From Rhizaria sp. SCN 62-66 (taxonomy: Eukaryota), in the NCBI GenBank assembly GCA_001724265.1, contig MEDY01000208.1, positions 62,001-109,353 on the forward strand: a stretch of 47,353 nucleotides of DNA, read 5' to 3'. The notes beneath the pieces are model-generated. The model was not told where the DNA came from, made no database searches, and saw only the letters and a list, made by a program, of their open reading frames with translations. Shown here in pieces: positions 31,833 to 43,917 of the stretch (position 1 is the first letter of the stretch; each line of letters begins with the position of its first letter). Made by a program: the position numbers and the translations under genes.

Positions 31833-32614
31833 CTCACTGATGGAGAGTACAACTAGGGAAGTTGTGTTGAAAGTTGCTAGGGTCTGTTCTGAACTGCGAA
31901 CTGATGCAATAAAGAGAAGTGGTGCAATTGTAAGAGATTTATTTGTGCAATGTCAAGGCAAACCATTTCACAGTCAAAATATGCCATGGATTCAAACGCC
32001 GAATCGTCTGCTCCTTCGCACGCCCAACCAACTTTTTGACCGTTGGAGGTTGAATAAGCAGAAACGAAGAGGTTTATCAAACTAATCAAATGCATTCGGG
32101 GTATTTGTAGTTCGATTGAAATCATTGCAATCTTGTATCAATTATCTTGCATGTATGGGTTGTATAGCCTTCATATGTCTCTCGGTATGTCTAGCTATGG
32201 TGTTTTCTCACTGTCACGCACGGGTTGCGCGCCTTGCTCTAATTGGTATACATTGTACTGCAAAATAAGAATGCGTATGCACACAGTGGCCGATCTCGCA
32301 CATGTTTCACGCTCGACATCGCAACGATATCTCAGTGTATGACGTGAAGACAAAAGTGGAACAAAATGTTATTTTGTATGGTTTGAATAGTTGATCACAA
32401 ATCGTGCAGCGCTTTGTTTGCTGTAGCACCGCAAAAACAACCGAATACACACACATATAAACGGGCTACAATAAAATACGTATACATAGACTGCTAACTA
32501 AGAATGATGGTAAGAAAGTACAAGTGTTAAGGTTGTGAATCGTCGTTCAAGTCAAATCGACTGTCAAACAGAAAGTCAAACAGCAAGCCAACGACTGCCG
32601 CCCGTGAAAGCATC

Positions 32615-34003
32615 TTACTGCGGCTGCTGTTGTTGCTGCTGATGTTGCTGTTGCTGGTGCTGCAGCCACAGCAGCTCTTGTTGCTGCTGTTGGTACTGCT
32701 GCTCCTGTTGATGATACTGTTGCTGCTCCTGCTGGTACTGCTGCTGTGCCATCGCCAGCGCGTAAGCCGCCGCGTCCGCCCCCATCGGCAGCACGCTCCC
32801 TCGCTGCTGCTGCTGCTGCGCTGGGGTGACTGTGGCGTTGACTGGCAGAGCGGGCGCCATCATCAGCACGCTCCCGCGGTGCCCGAGCCCCGGTCCCCCG
32901 GCAGCGGTGACGCTGCCCGCCGGAGGTGCCGCCGCCGCGGTGGTGGTGGTAACGGCGACCGAGGCTTCCGAGAGAGTGTCGTAGTGAACCGCGGGCCCGC
33001 CCGTGCTGCCGTCGGCGGACATGTGAGGCTGGATGCTGTGGGGCAGGTTCAGGGGCACGGTCAACGAGGCGGGGCGGTACGGCTGCTGCTGCTGCTGTTG
33101 AGGCTGCTGCTGAGGCTGCGGCTGCTGTTGATACTGCTGCTGCTGTTGCTGCTGGTATTGGAGCTGTTGTTGCTGCTGGTACTGCTGTTGCTGCTGGAGC
33201 TGCTGCTGCTGTTGTTGTTGCTGCTGTTGTTGATACTGTTGTTGCTGCATGTACTGCTGATACTGTTGCTCCTGCTGCGCATGTTGCGCCTGGGCCTGCG
33301 CCTGGGCCTGAGCCTGGGCCTGAGCCTGGGCCTGGGCCTGCGCCTGGGCCTGCTGCTGCATCAATTGCTGCTGCTGGAACTGTTGCTGCTGTTGTTGATG
33401 TTGTTGCTGCTGTTGCTGTTGCTGTTGTTGCTGTTGTTGCTGCGGGTTCATGTCGCCCCACTGCGATCCTGACCCCCAGGGCCGGCCGTTTGCACCCAAT
33501 GCAGACACGCTTCTCGGCGGGTACAGAGACGCGTCCCATTCACCCTGGCCCTGGCCCTGGCCCTGTTGCTGAGGCTGCTGAGGCTGAGGCTGGGGTTGGA
33601 CGACGCTCGGCGCCTGAATCAGAGACTGATGAGCCTGACTCTGAGACTGAGCTTGGGCCTGGGCCTGCGCTTGTGCCTGTTGTTGCTCCCATTGTTGCTG
33701 CTGCATCAGCTGCTGCTGCTGTTGCTGCTGTTGTTGCTGCTGTTGCTGGGCAGCCTTAGCACGGCGCACCTGCTCCAGCTTAGCTAACAGCAACTGCTCC
33801 TCGTCGTCCTGACCGGACACGCCCATCTGCTGTTGCTGCTGCTGTTGCTGCTGTTGCTGCTGTTGGGCGTGTGCGAGTGCAGACTGAGGGGGCACCGCGA
33901 TGCTGGTGTTGTTGACCGCGTTGCTGGAGTCCGCCGCCCGGTAGGCAGCGACCTGAGCGGCGAGGTATGCGCCGGCGGCCGACGAGCTCTGCTGCATCTG
34001 ATG

Positions 34004-34046
<43 letters not shown>

Positions 34047-37000
34047 TGCTGTTGATGTTGCTGCAGCTGCTGTTGTTGAGGAAGCGTGAGACCAGCGGTC
34101 GAGCCAAACGACGACTGCGGCGGCGGCGGCTGCTGCATCTGCTGCTGTTGGGACGGTGCGACCGACACCGACCCCGCGACGGAGGGCGCGGCGGCGAGCG
34201 TCGACAGCTGCAGCTGCGAGCGCGTGTGGGTCAACCGCGGGCCTCCGTCCGCACCGGCCGCGTTCTGAGCCTGAACCTGCGTTTGCGCCTGCGCCTGGGA
34301 CTGAGACAGGGAAACCTGCGTTTGCTGCTGCTGGAGTTGTTGGAGCTGAAGCTGGAGCTGCTGCTGCTGCTGTTGCTGCTGCTGCAGCGCGAGCAGCGCT
34401 TGCTGCTGCTGTTGGATCTGCATCTGCAGCTGCATCTGGCGCTGCTGGGCCGCTGCGTCATACGGCGCTCCGCCGCCGGCGACGGAGCCAGCGACCGAGG
34501 CCGCGGCCGGCGACTCCACCGCGCCGGCCGCGGCAGTGACGGGGGCGGTCCCAGCCACGGACACGGGGGCGGGGACGGCGACGGCAGCGGTCGGCGCGGC
34601 GGCGATATGCTGATGTTGCGTATTCACGGAGACGGTGCCGCTGGTGACCGTGGGCGCGCCGGTGGGCGCCGGTGTGGGCACGGGCGTGGGGGCCGAGGAG
34701 CGCGCGGGACCAATGGGGGCGGTTTGACCCACGAGTACCGGGCCGGGGGCGGTCACAGGTACGGAACCGGTGACTGAGGCAACGGGAGCGGGCGATGACA
34801 TGATGACGGGGGCGTAGAAGCTCCCCATCTGCTGCTGCTGTTGTTGTTGTTGTTGTTGTTGTTGTTGCTGAGAGATGGGCTGCGGCTGGGCGAGCGAGTA
34901 GCTATTGACCATCTGCGGCTGCTGCTGTTGCGCCTGCGGCTGCTGAGGCTGGGCCTGGGCCTGGGGTGGGGATCCGACGGACTGCAACTGAGGGAATGGA
35001 TACACCGCATTCTGCTGCGGTTGCTGAGGTTGCGGCTGGGATTGAGGTGTCGTCGTCATCGGCATCATCATCTGAGGCTGCGGCTGCTGCTGTTGGGGCA
35101 GGTGCTGCTGCTGAGGCTGAGGCTGTTGCTGAGGGGATGTCATGGGAGACTGAGACGGCATCAGCATTTGCTGCTGATGCTGCTGCTGCTGGTACTGATG
35201 TTGCTGCAGTTGTTGTTGCTGCTGCAAGTAGTACTGTTGCTGCTGCTGCTGTTGCTGCGCCTGAGCCTGGGCCTGCGCCTGAGCCTGAGCCTGAGCCTGG
35301 GCCTGAGCCTGCTGTTGTTGCTGCAACTGCTGCTGTTGCTGTTGCATCTGAGCCTGCATCAACTGCGCCTGGAGCTGCGCTTGTGACATGGACATTGGCT
35401 GCTGCTGTTGCTGCTGCACAGTCTGTTGCTGCTGCAACGGCGCAGCATACAACTGCTGCTGTTGCTGCGGTTGTTGTTGTTGCTGCTGCTGCTGAGGCTG
35501 CATCTGCTGCTGTTGGGCGTGATACTGCTGCTGCTGTTGCTGCAGCTGTTGCTGCTGCATCAACAACTGTTGCTGTTGCTGCTGCTGCTGCTGCTGCTGC
35601 TGTTGCTGCTGTAGCTGCGCAGTCGCGGGTGCGGCCGACAGCGAATTCACCGACGCGGCCGTGTACGCAGGCATTGTCGGCGCCATAGTCGTCGTCACAA
35701 CGACCCCGCCTTGTCCTTGGCCTTGCATCACCGGCGTCGACACTGCAGTGAAGCCGGCGGCAGAGGCAGGCGCAGCAGATGCCGCAGCAGCGGAGGCCGC
35801 GGGAGCACCAGCGGACGTGCTAATGCTCGCAGCTGGTGTCGCAGTCGTCGTCGCAGTCCCAGTCCCCGTCGCGGCGCCGGTGGAGGCAGTGGCGGGTGGG
35901 GGCGGCTGGTAGGGGCCAAGCGGCTTGCTCAACGCCGCCGTAAGCTCGGCCTCGATCAGGTCCGCAGACTCTGGCGCGAGCTTCAATGCGGTCGCCATTT
36001 CTTGCGCGATCCCGCGCGCCGTGTCCTGCGCCTGGTCAAAGACGAACCGGACTTGCTTCTTGCGCTTGGTGCCGACGTGGGAGAATTCGAGGCAGACTGC
36101 CGCCATCGAGTCGCCCGACGGGTGCTGGGTCGCGAGAGCCTTGACGCTCGCGACCACGAGCGGCGCGGTACTCGCGGCGGCTCCAGTACTCGTGGCGGCT
36201 CCAGCTCCGGTGCTCGTGGTGCCTGAGGCAGCTGCGGTACTCGTGCCAGAACCCGTGGCGGTACTCGCGGCGGCCGGCGCAGCTGCAGCTGCTGCGCCAC
36301 CACTCGGAGCTGCGGCTGCCGATGACGAGGGCGCGGGCGCGGGCGCGGGCATTTGCGCGACGGCGGCGTACGTGCCGAGCGGGCCCAGCGGCCGCAGCGG
36401 CGGCTGGGTCATGACGGACCACGCGCCGCTGCCGGCCACCGACGCAGGCGGCGCCGGCTCGGGGGCCACCACGGCCGCCGCCGCGGGCTCGGGGGCCACC
36501 ACGGCCGCCGCCGAAATAGCTGGAGTCGCCGTCGTTGTCCCAGTAGCCGGTGTGGCGGCAGCTGCGGAGGCGGCGGCGGTGGCCCGCTTGCGGCTGGGGG
36601 CTGTGAGCGCGGTCAAATCCACGCTGGCCGTGGGGGCGTGATGCGCGCGCGGCCTCTGCATACCGCCGGCAGCATTGTTACCACCACCACCACCGCCACC
36701 AGACGCAGCGGCGGTGTTGGCGGCAGCGGCGGACGTCGCAGTGCCGCGGCGGGCAGCGGCGGCGGGTGCACGAGGGGACACAAGCCCATGAGTACCCGAC
36801 CCGGCGGCGGCGGCGGCGGCGGCGGCGCTGGAGAAGGATGTGAAGCCGCCGTTGCGGGGCGTCTTGGAGCTGCACCGACGCGCCTTGGCGGCGGCGACGG
36901 CCCTGGCCTTGGCCTTGGCAGCCTTGCGAGCCGCCCTGGCCGCCACCGCGTCCGCGTCGTTCGGGTCAATGTCACTCCCATCACCGTCGGTGTCGTCCCC

Positions 37001-39243
37001 GTGTTTGTGGTGCAGGGTTGAGTCGCCGCCGTTGCCGTCGGAGTCGTCGGAGTGGGCGACTGACCCGTCGGAGTCGTCGCGCCCGCTGCGGCGGTGGTGG
37101 ATGTCGAAGTCTTCGTCGTCGGCAGCGTCGCCGTCCTCGTCCTCGTCGCGAGCCGCGCTGGCGGCCCCGTCGCCGTCGCCGACGTCAACCCCATCTGCGC
37201 TCTCACCGTCATTCTCGCCATCGTCGCCGTCGCCTGCCGTAGCGTCGGGATCGGGAAGGTTCAGAGCGCCAACATTAGCCTTGACCGCGTTCGCGCTCGT
37301 CGACCCCACAGCGGGCGAAGTCGCCGTCGCAGGCGAACCAGCGGTCGCGGGAGAAGCCGCGGTGTCGTGATGAGGGGGTTTCGCACTACCGCCACCGCCG
37401 CCGCTGGGGACAACCGATGGCGTCGCAGCCGCAGGGGGACAACTCATTGCAGCGGCAGCAGCCTCGCCAGTGCCAGTGTCGTCGTCATCGTAATCGAGCC
37501 CCAGCGTGACGTTGGCGCTGCCACTGACGTCGCCGTCCCCGTCCGCGTCGGGCTCAGCCTCGGCGCCCATCGTGGGGAAACCGCTGGGGATCCCCACGGC
37601 CACGTGCGCCCGCCGCGGCTGTGTCCCGCTCTTCTTCCCCTCGCCCTCAGCGCCGCCCGCACCAGCGCCGGCGCCGGCGGCACCATGCGCGCCGCTGCGG
37701 GGGAGGCCGCGGCCGGAGCGGGGCAGCCCGAGCCCGGAGCGTCCGGCGCCTGACCGGGCCTGGGCAGAGGCGTGCGCGGCGCGGTACGCAGCTTCGGCGG
37801 CCAGTGCTGCGTCGTCGTCGTCGTCGTCATTGTTGTTCGCGGCGGCTGCGGCGACAGCGGCTGACTTGGCAGCAGCCGCGGCGTCCTCGTCCTCGTCATC
37901 GTCGGCATTGAGGTCGTCATCATCATCGTCGTCGTCGACTTGGATGCCCTCGGCGACAGTATTGGTCGCACCGCCCGCGGCGGCGGCGTAGTCGTCGAGG
38001 TCCAAACCGTCACCGCCTGAGCCAGAAACAGCATTAGCGGCGGCGACAGCGGCGGCAGCGCCCGCGGCGGCCGCGGCGGCGGTGGCGGCGGCCGCGGCGG
38101 CCGAGTCCCCGGTGGCAGCAGCGCCAGCGCCGCCGCTCATCATAGTGCTGCGGCGGCGCTGCCTGCGTGCCGCCGCGGCCGCCGCGGCGCGCTCCTGCTC
38201 CTTGACGGCGGCGATGGTGGCGGCGATCACGTCCGTCTGGCTCATGCCGGGGACTTGTACCTCGGCGCCGCCGCCCAGCATCGCCTCCGCGGTCTCTGTC
38301 TGCACTGGCGGAGTCACAGGAGTCGCGGTCGGCGCGGCGGCGCTCGGGTCGGCCGTGGCCTCTGCAGCAGCTGTGGCGGCGGCGGCAGTGGGGGAGAGGG
38401 TGGTGAGATTGGTGTGAGCGGCCGCAGCGGGCTGCGCCGGACTAGGACTGGCGCCCACGGGCACCGCAGGCACTGCGGCGGGGGTCACGGGTACCGGAGC
38501 GGGGGTCACGGGTACTGGCAAGGGACGCGAGGGCCCGCTGTTGAGCACGATGCCTGCATTGGCGGCGGCGATGGCCTTCCGGCGCTCACGCTCTGCCTTC
38601 TCAGGATCCATCCCAGCAGCAGCAGCAGCAGCTGGAGCCGCAGCAATGGCGGTGCCGAGAGCGGCGTGTTGCTGGCCCGCGGCGTTAGAATTGGCGGCTG
38701 CATTAGCGGCGGCGTTGACGCTGTGGGCGACACTGGGGGCCGGGCTCGGCACGGGCGCAACGGGACCGTAGTTGCTGTTGTTGTTGCTGATGTTGACCGG
38801 CATCGCTGCGGCCATGACGTTAACCGGGGCGAGACCGGGAGAGGTGACGAGGCCGCCGGCGGTTGTCGGCATCAGCATAGCGTTGTTGGATGCGACTGAC
38901 CCGGGGGCCGGGACGGGAGCGAAACCGGGGAGCGCGGCGGCGTAATACGCGTTCATGTTGCTGTTGTTGTTGTTGTTATTATTGTTAAAGTTGTTGTTGA
39001 CGAACGCGGGGTCAGTCGGCATCGGCATAGGGTAAACGCCAGGATTGTTGTTGTTGATGTTGCTATTATAGGGCACCTGTTGCACCGGCATTGCAGCGTT
39101 GTTCGCAAAGCCTTGGTTCATACCAGGCATCCCCGGTTGCTGAAGCTGTTGCTGCTGCTGAAGCTGAGGCTGAGGTTGGAAGCCCTGCACTGGCGCGGCG
39201 GCGGCCGCAGCAGTAGGAGTCTGCGCCTGTTGCTGTTGCTGCA

Positions 39244-39287
<44 letters not shown>

Positions 39288-39293
39288 TGTTGC

Positions 39294-39325
<32 letters not shown>

Positions 39326-40742
39326 AGCCTGTGCATGAGCCTGAGCTTGTTGTGCGTTTGCAGTGGCGTGGGCGGGTGTGGGCGCGGCCGAGACCGGCGT
39401 GGGCGCTGCCGCCCCGGGCAACGGGTGCAGCTCAACGTCCATATTGTCGTCAGCCGAGGAGTATGTCAGAAACGGGTGCCGCAGGAGATCGTGCGCAGAT
39501 AGACGGAGGAACTGAGGGAACATGCAGAGCTCGACAAAGGCGCGCACTTCGCGGGACTTAATGCGGGCAAGCACGGCGGGGCGCTTGCCCTGGGTCACTT
39601 GGCGCCAAATCTGCACGGGGGTCTTGCACTCCTATGAAAGTAAAACAGATACAAATTCAAGAGATAGATCGACAGGTGAGAATATAAAGCAAGATAGAAT
39701 ATCCATAACAAAAACTGACATCGAAATAGATTACAATTATTTCATTAAAAAAAAAAAGATCTCGTCGAGGTTAGGCGATTCTGACGTACTTGGAAAGGGT
39801 ACTCCTTGGTGGCCATCTCGAGCACACACATGCCGAAGGCGTAAATATCGACCTTCTCAGTGTAGTCCTCGTTGTACAGCTCTGGTGCCATGAACTCCGG
39901 CGTGCCCAAGACGGACGCACGCGTGGCGTCTGATCGCTCTGCAGAGAGGCCGAAGTCGCCGATGCGGATCTCGCCGGTGTTGCCGTTGATGAAGATGTTG
40001 TCGCACTTGAGGTCGCGGTGGATGATCGGCGGTTCGTGCGAGTGCAGGTAGTCAAGCCCGCGCAGGATCTGCACGCACCACTTCTTCAGCACCTTAAGCT
40101 TGATGCACTTCATACGCGAAACGTACTGCTTGAGCGTGCCGGATGTGACGATCTCGGTGGTGAAGCAAATCTGTTCTTTGTCGTCGGTGGTCCAGGCGTG
40201 GTAGAAGTTGATCACGTGGTCATGTTTGAGCAGCTTGAGGATGTCGGTCTCTTTGCGGATCCGCTCCTGCTCGTGGGGCGGCATGCGGCGCAGATCGACT
40301 GTGTTCCAAGCCACTTCTTTGCCCGTATCGGTGTCGTAGGCGAGCCAAACATCTTTGTACGAGCCGCGACCTAACTTATGGTCAAACTAAACACATGCGG
40401 CGCGGTGTGATGCAAGTGTGGGTTGGCAATAGAGTCGTTGTGGGCGTGATTAGGGTTCGCCGGAGAGGTTTGAGGTGTTAGATATGTCAAGAAGGGGATC
40501 AAGGGGGGTGGAGAGAGCGTATGAGTGTAGATCTAACAGAAATCAAGATGAATAACCCTAACAGTAACTCCGGGGGTTACAATAGTCCGAATTCTAAAGT
40601 ATGGATAGAGAATGCAAGTGGTATAGAGTTGAAATTGCGACATTGTGCGTGATTGACGTACGCGCACGTATTGCGTGCCACCGTCGAGCACGGGAGACCA
40701 TTCGACCTCGGTGAGCGCGTCGCGGTTGATGGGCGCGGCCAT
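32615..40742 (-). CDS. WNK: WNK (With-No-lysine) Ser/Thr kinase with a very long Gln/Ala-rich tail and a CCT/OSR1-C-like domain, ~2564 aa, 3 exons
   Basis: Exons 40742-40662, 40386-39790 and 39631-32615. LGRGSYK carries the catalytic Lys in the Gly loop and EVAWN replaces VAIK. Also PPIIHRDLKCDNIFINGNTGEIRIGDFGL, SVLGTPEFMAPE and YPFQ|ECKTPVQIWRQVTQG. CCT-like VCLEF...KQVRFVFDQAQDTARGIAQEM at ~35930-36170. Ends in TAA. Confidence 0.93.
32618..35620 (-). repeat. Dense CAG/CAA (polyQ) and CAGGCY (QA) microsatellite tracts in the WNK tail
   Basis: Many (CTG/TTG)n runs on the + strand; another tract lies at ~39230-39325. Confidence 0.9.
39632..39789 (-). other. Spliceosomal intron (158 nt)
   Basis: GTACGT...tttcatag, phase 0; restores the kinase C-lobe. 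Confidence 0.92.
40387..40661 (-). other. Spliceosomal intron (275 nt)
   Basis: GTACGT...gtgtttag, phase 0; gives QYVR|FDHKLGRGSYK. Confidence 0.88.
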
Positions 40743-41524
40743 GGGGGCCAGTGCGGGGCGCGCGCACGCAAGCGGGCGAGCTTACGCAGTGGCTTGGGGC
40801 GCGAAAGGGCGACGACGCGGGGCGAGCGGGAGCCGAGAAGGCTGAGAAGAGAGGGAGGGGAAAGAAGGGGCCGCCGGGCGGGAGGGCCGGGGGAGCACCT
40901 CGCAGAGGCTGGGGCGGGAAAAAAACGCGCGGGATCGGCGTGTTCGTACCGGAGCGCTGCTGAAGAACTGGATTAGGGATGACAGATGCGAAGCAACGGC
41001 GAGAAAGTGAGCGAAGGAGAAGGAGCACACCGCGTCCAGTGGAGACGTCTCTGAGGGCGCGCGAAGGACTCGCGCGATACCATAACGTCCGTCGGCTCAC
41101 ATATTATTTGCACTCCAAATAGCAAAACGATGCGTTTGAACAACTCCCCATATTTCTGAACATGTATGACGTCCACACGACTCGCATTTCCCAGAAAACA
41201 TGTCTCCACGTCGGGTGCGGCTTGACTTTAAACCAGGCTCGCTCGGTCCTGGTCCAAGAGTCTCGACCGAGGCCCGATCTTTGATCATCTACACCGTCGT
41301 CTATTGATCGTCAATAGCTCTAACAATGTTTTTTTGCGCAGTCACGCTTTAAGATCCGTTTATATTCAAGTGTTTATTCTCTTAAAATGTTTTCTTCCCC
41401 TCACTGTGCCTCGCTTACCAGTGCCCTCGTTTTGACCGTTGATCTCTTCACCTCAGCCACAGCTCGCGCACCGCACGCACGACAAGCCATCGCTTCACTA
41501 TTTGACACCGACACAGGGCCTCGC

Positions 41525-43147
41525 ATGTCCGACCGTTACCGCTCCCGCTCTCGTTCTCGCTCGCCCCAGCGCCAGCGTGCTGCTGCGGGCGCCCCCGCTG
41601 CGCCCATGACTGAACGCTCACGCTCACGCTCCCCAACTCGCTCTCGCTCCCGTTCGCGGTCACCACGGCCACACTCGCGGTCGCAGTCACCTCGTGGTGC
41701 TTGTGCTCACAGTCGCAGTCGCTCGCCGGTGCAGCGCCCCCGTGGAGTCTCCCGCTCACAGTCACGGTCACGCTCACCGTCACGGTCGAGGTCACCGTTA
41801 CGGTCGAGGTCACCGGCTCGTGGTTCCAGTCGCGGCCGCGGCCGCGGCCAGAGCCGCGGCCGCGGCCAGAGCCGTGACCGCGATCAGAGTCGTGACCGCA
41901 GTAGCCGTGACCAGGAGTACGACCCTCGTCATGACAGCCCACCCCGGTCCAACGCCTCGTCGAAACCCCCCACAAACACCAACTCGCACAACAACCGCAG
42001 TCTCAGCCAGAGTCCTCGTGACCGCAGTGCGCGTGACCGTGAGAGTACTTACAGCCCGCGTCGTCGTCGTCATCCGCGCTTTCGCTCACGGTCGCGCTCT
42101 CGCTCACGGTCGCCTGCGCGCTCACGGTCACCTGCGCGTCGTTCACAGTCACCTGCGCGTCGCTCACGGTCACCTCGGCGCTCACGGTCACATTCGCGCT
42201 CACGGTCAGTGAGTCCCGAACAGCGGCGTCGTCGCTCTGTGTCACCGCCGCGCCGTGGCAACCGCTATCGCCGCGACAGCCGGAGCCGCAGCCGCAGCGG
42301 CCGCAGCGGTAGCCCCCGTCGTCGACGCAGCCTCAGCCGGAGCCGCAGCCTCAGCCGGAGCCGGAGTCGGAGCCGCAGCCGGAGCCGCAGCCGCAGTCTC
42401 AGCCCCCGGGGCCGTGGCTACAGCCCTCGTGACCGCAATGACCGTGAACGCGACTATGACCGTCGCAGTGGCTCTTATAACAATAAAGACAACAACAACG
42501 GCCATAGCCGTCGCCGCAGCCGCAGTCGTAGTGGTGAACGGCATCCTAGCCACAACAACCGCTCAAACTCGAACCAAGGCGACAATGGCAAGACTAGTGG
42601 TGGGAAGCAGCTTGCTTGGCTTAAACCCCGTCCTGGCGCTTCAAACAACAACGATACGAACACCTCTGCAAAGAACACTACGACTGCTGCTGCTGTTGTC
42701 AAGCCCCCTGTTGACTCCGCTGCCGCGGCCGCCGCGGCCGCTGCTGCCGAGTCTGCCGCTTTTGTTGCCCAGTTTGGCTTTGGCGGCTTCGGGCCCGGCG
42801 GCACTGTCGGCGCAGTCAAGCTCCGCACGGTCCCCGGCTCCGGCTCGATTCCGCAGCAGCAGCAAGTTAAGCCGTCCTCTGGCGCCGCGCCGCCGCCGCG
42901 GTTCGGCCCCGGGTCCGGCGAGCGGCTGATGGAGGTCGTGGCGAACGACCGTGTGGGCAAGAAGGTCCGCGTCAAATGCTACCCATCCGACACCATCCTG
43001 AGCGTGAAGAAGCTTATCTCCGCACAGACCGGTGTGCGAGCGGAGAAGATCCGCCTGCAGAAGGGGACGCAGGTGTACAAGGATCACATCCGGTTGATGG
43101 ATTATGATGTGCCCGATGGGATGGGGTTCGAGATGCAGTACAACTAA
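41525..43147 (+). CDS. UBL5: RS-domain protein fused to a C-terminal UBL5/Hub1 ubiquitin-like domain, ~540 aa
   Basis: The last 73 codons (42926-43144) read [36 protein letters not shown]...[23 protein letters not shown] and align without gaps to UBL5/Hub1. They follow long RSRSRSP repeats in the same frame. ATG 41525 was preferred to 41387 because the sequence between them looks non-coding. Ends in TAA. Confidence 0.9.
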   Translation: MSDRYRSRSRSRSPQRQRAAAGAPAAPMTERSRSRSPTRSRSRSRSPRPHSRSQSPRGACAHSRSRSPVQRPRGVSRSQSRSRSPSRSRSPLRSRSPARGSSRGRGRGQSRGRGQSRDRDQSRDRSSRDQEYDPRHDSPPRSNASSKPPTNTNSHNNRSLSQSPRDRSARDRESTYSPRRRRHPRFRSRSRSRSRSPARSRSPARRSQSPARRSRSPRRSRSHSRSRSVSPEQRRRRSVSPPRRGNRYRRDSRSRSRSGRSGSPRRRRSLSRSRSLSRSRSRSRSRSRSRSLSPRGRGYSPRDRNDRERDYDRRSGSYNNKDNNNGHSRRRSRSRSGERHPSHNNRSNSNQGDNGKTSGGKQLAWLKPRPGASNNNDTNTSAKNTTTAAAVVKPPVDSAAAAAAAAAAESAAFVAQFGFGGFGPGGTVGAVKLRTVPGSGSIPQQQQVKPSSGAAPPPRFGPGSGERLMEVVANDRVGKKVRVKCYPSDTILSVKKLISAQTGVRAEKIRLQKGTQVYKDHIRLMDYDVPDGMGFEMQYN

Positions 43148-43476
43148 GGGGCTCCGCAGCCCTTACTAAGGTAAGGGAGACGCATAACTGAAAACGAAGC
43201 GCAAAGCTTTGTGCGTTAACATCCGAGATTGAGCCATGTATATTGATAAGAATGAATACATAGTTTTGAAAATATTTATTGAACCAGTATGTACTGGCAT
43301 GTGCAAGATTCGTGGCCTTTGCAGTGGGCATTAGCTAGATAACAAAGTTAAAGACCATGTGACAAGGAAGTACTGGCTTGAGACAAGTCGCAAGCTGGGT
43401 TGGGAAGCAGGCGTGGTGACAGGCGCCCAATGACAATTGGCTTGCAACACAAGACTGAAATACGCAAGGACATTGT

Positions 43477-43917
43477 TCAAACGGCAGCGGGCGCCTCAGC
43501 CTTAGCAGCAGCAGCAGTGGCATGAGCGGCAGCCACAGCCGCAGCTGCCGCGGCGTCGTTGTCGGCATAGACCACAAAATCGATCTGAATAGCGTACTTC
43601 TTAGCAGCCGCAGCAGCGGGCTTAGCTGCGTCGCCGACTTTAGTTGCCGACTCTGCGGGCTGCTGCATTGCGGAGCCAACTTTGCAGGCGTAGACGGCGT
43701 GCGGGAGCCGGCGCTTGATGATCTCGGCCAAAGTGACCGTGTGCGCGATCGCGGAATTGACGCCGTACAGCGACACCTTGCGCACGCGGGGCTCGCCGGG
43801 AGCCGAAAACGTGGGCGCCGCAGTGGTGAGGCGGGACAGCGCGTAGTCAAGAAGCTTGGAGCGCGGACACGTGGCGCTGACGAAGATAACGTCGGGATCG
43901 CCGATGTCGGTCGCCAT
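43477..43917 (-). CDS. Alba-domain nucleic-acid-binding protein (Alba/Rpp20/Rpp25 superfamily), ~146 aa
   Basis: DVIFVS...LLDYALSRL...VSLYGVNSAIAHTVTLAEIIKRR...AIQIDF matches the Alba fold pattern (GxAIxxxVxxAEI[IL]KRR). Ends in TGA. Confidence 0.75.
   Translation of the reverse strand: MATDIGDPDVIFVSATCPRSKLLDYALSRLTTAAPTFSAPGEPRVRKVSLYGVNSAIAHTVTLAEIIKRRLPHAVYACKVGSAMQQPAESATKVGDAAKPAAAAAKKYAIQIDFVVYADNDAAAAAAVAAAHATAAAAKAEAPAAV

Noticed and set aside
40842-40949. Possible 5'-UTR intron of WNK (GTACGA...ctcttctcag)
   Set aside because: GC-rich unlike the other introns, and no reading-frame test is possible; left uncalled.
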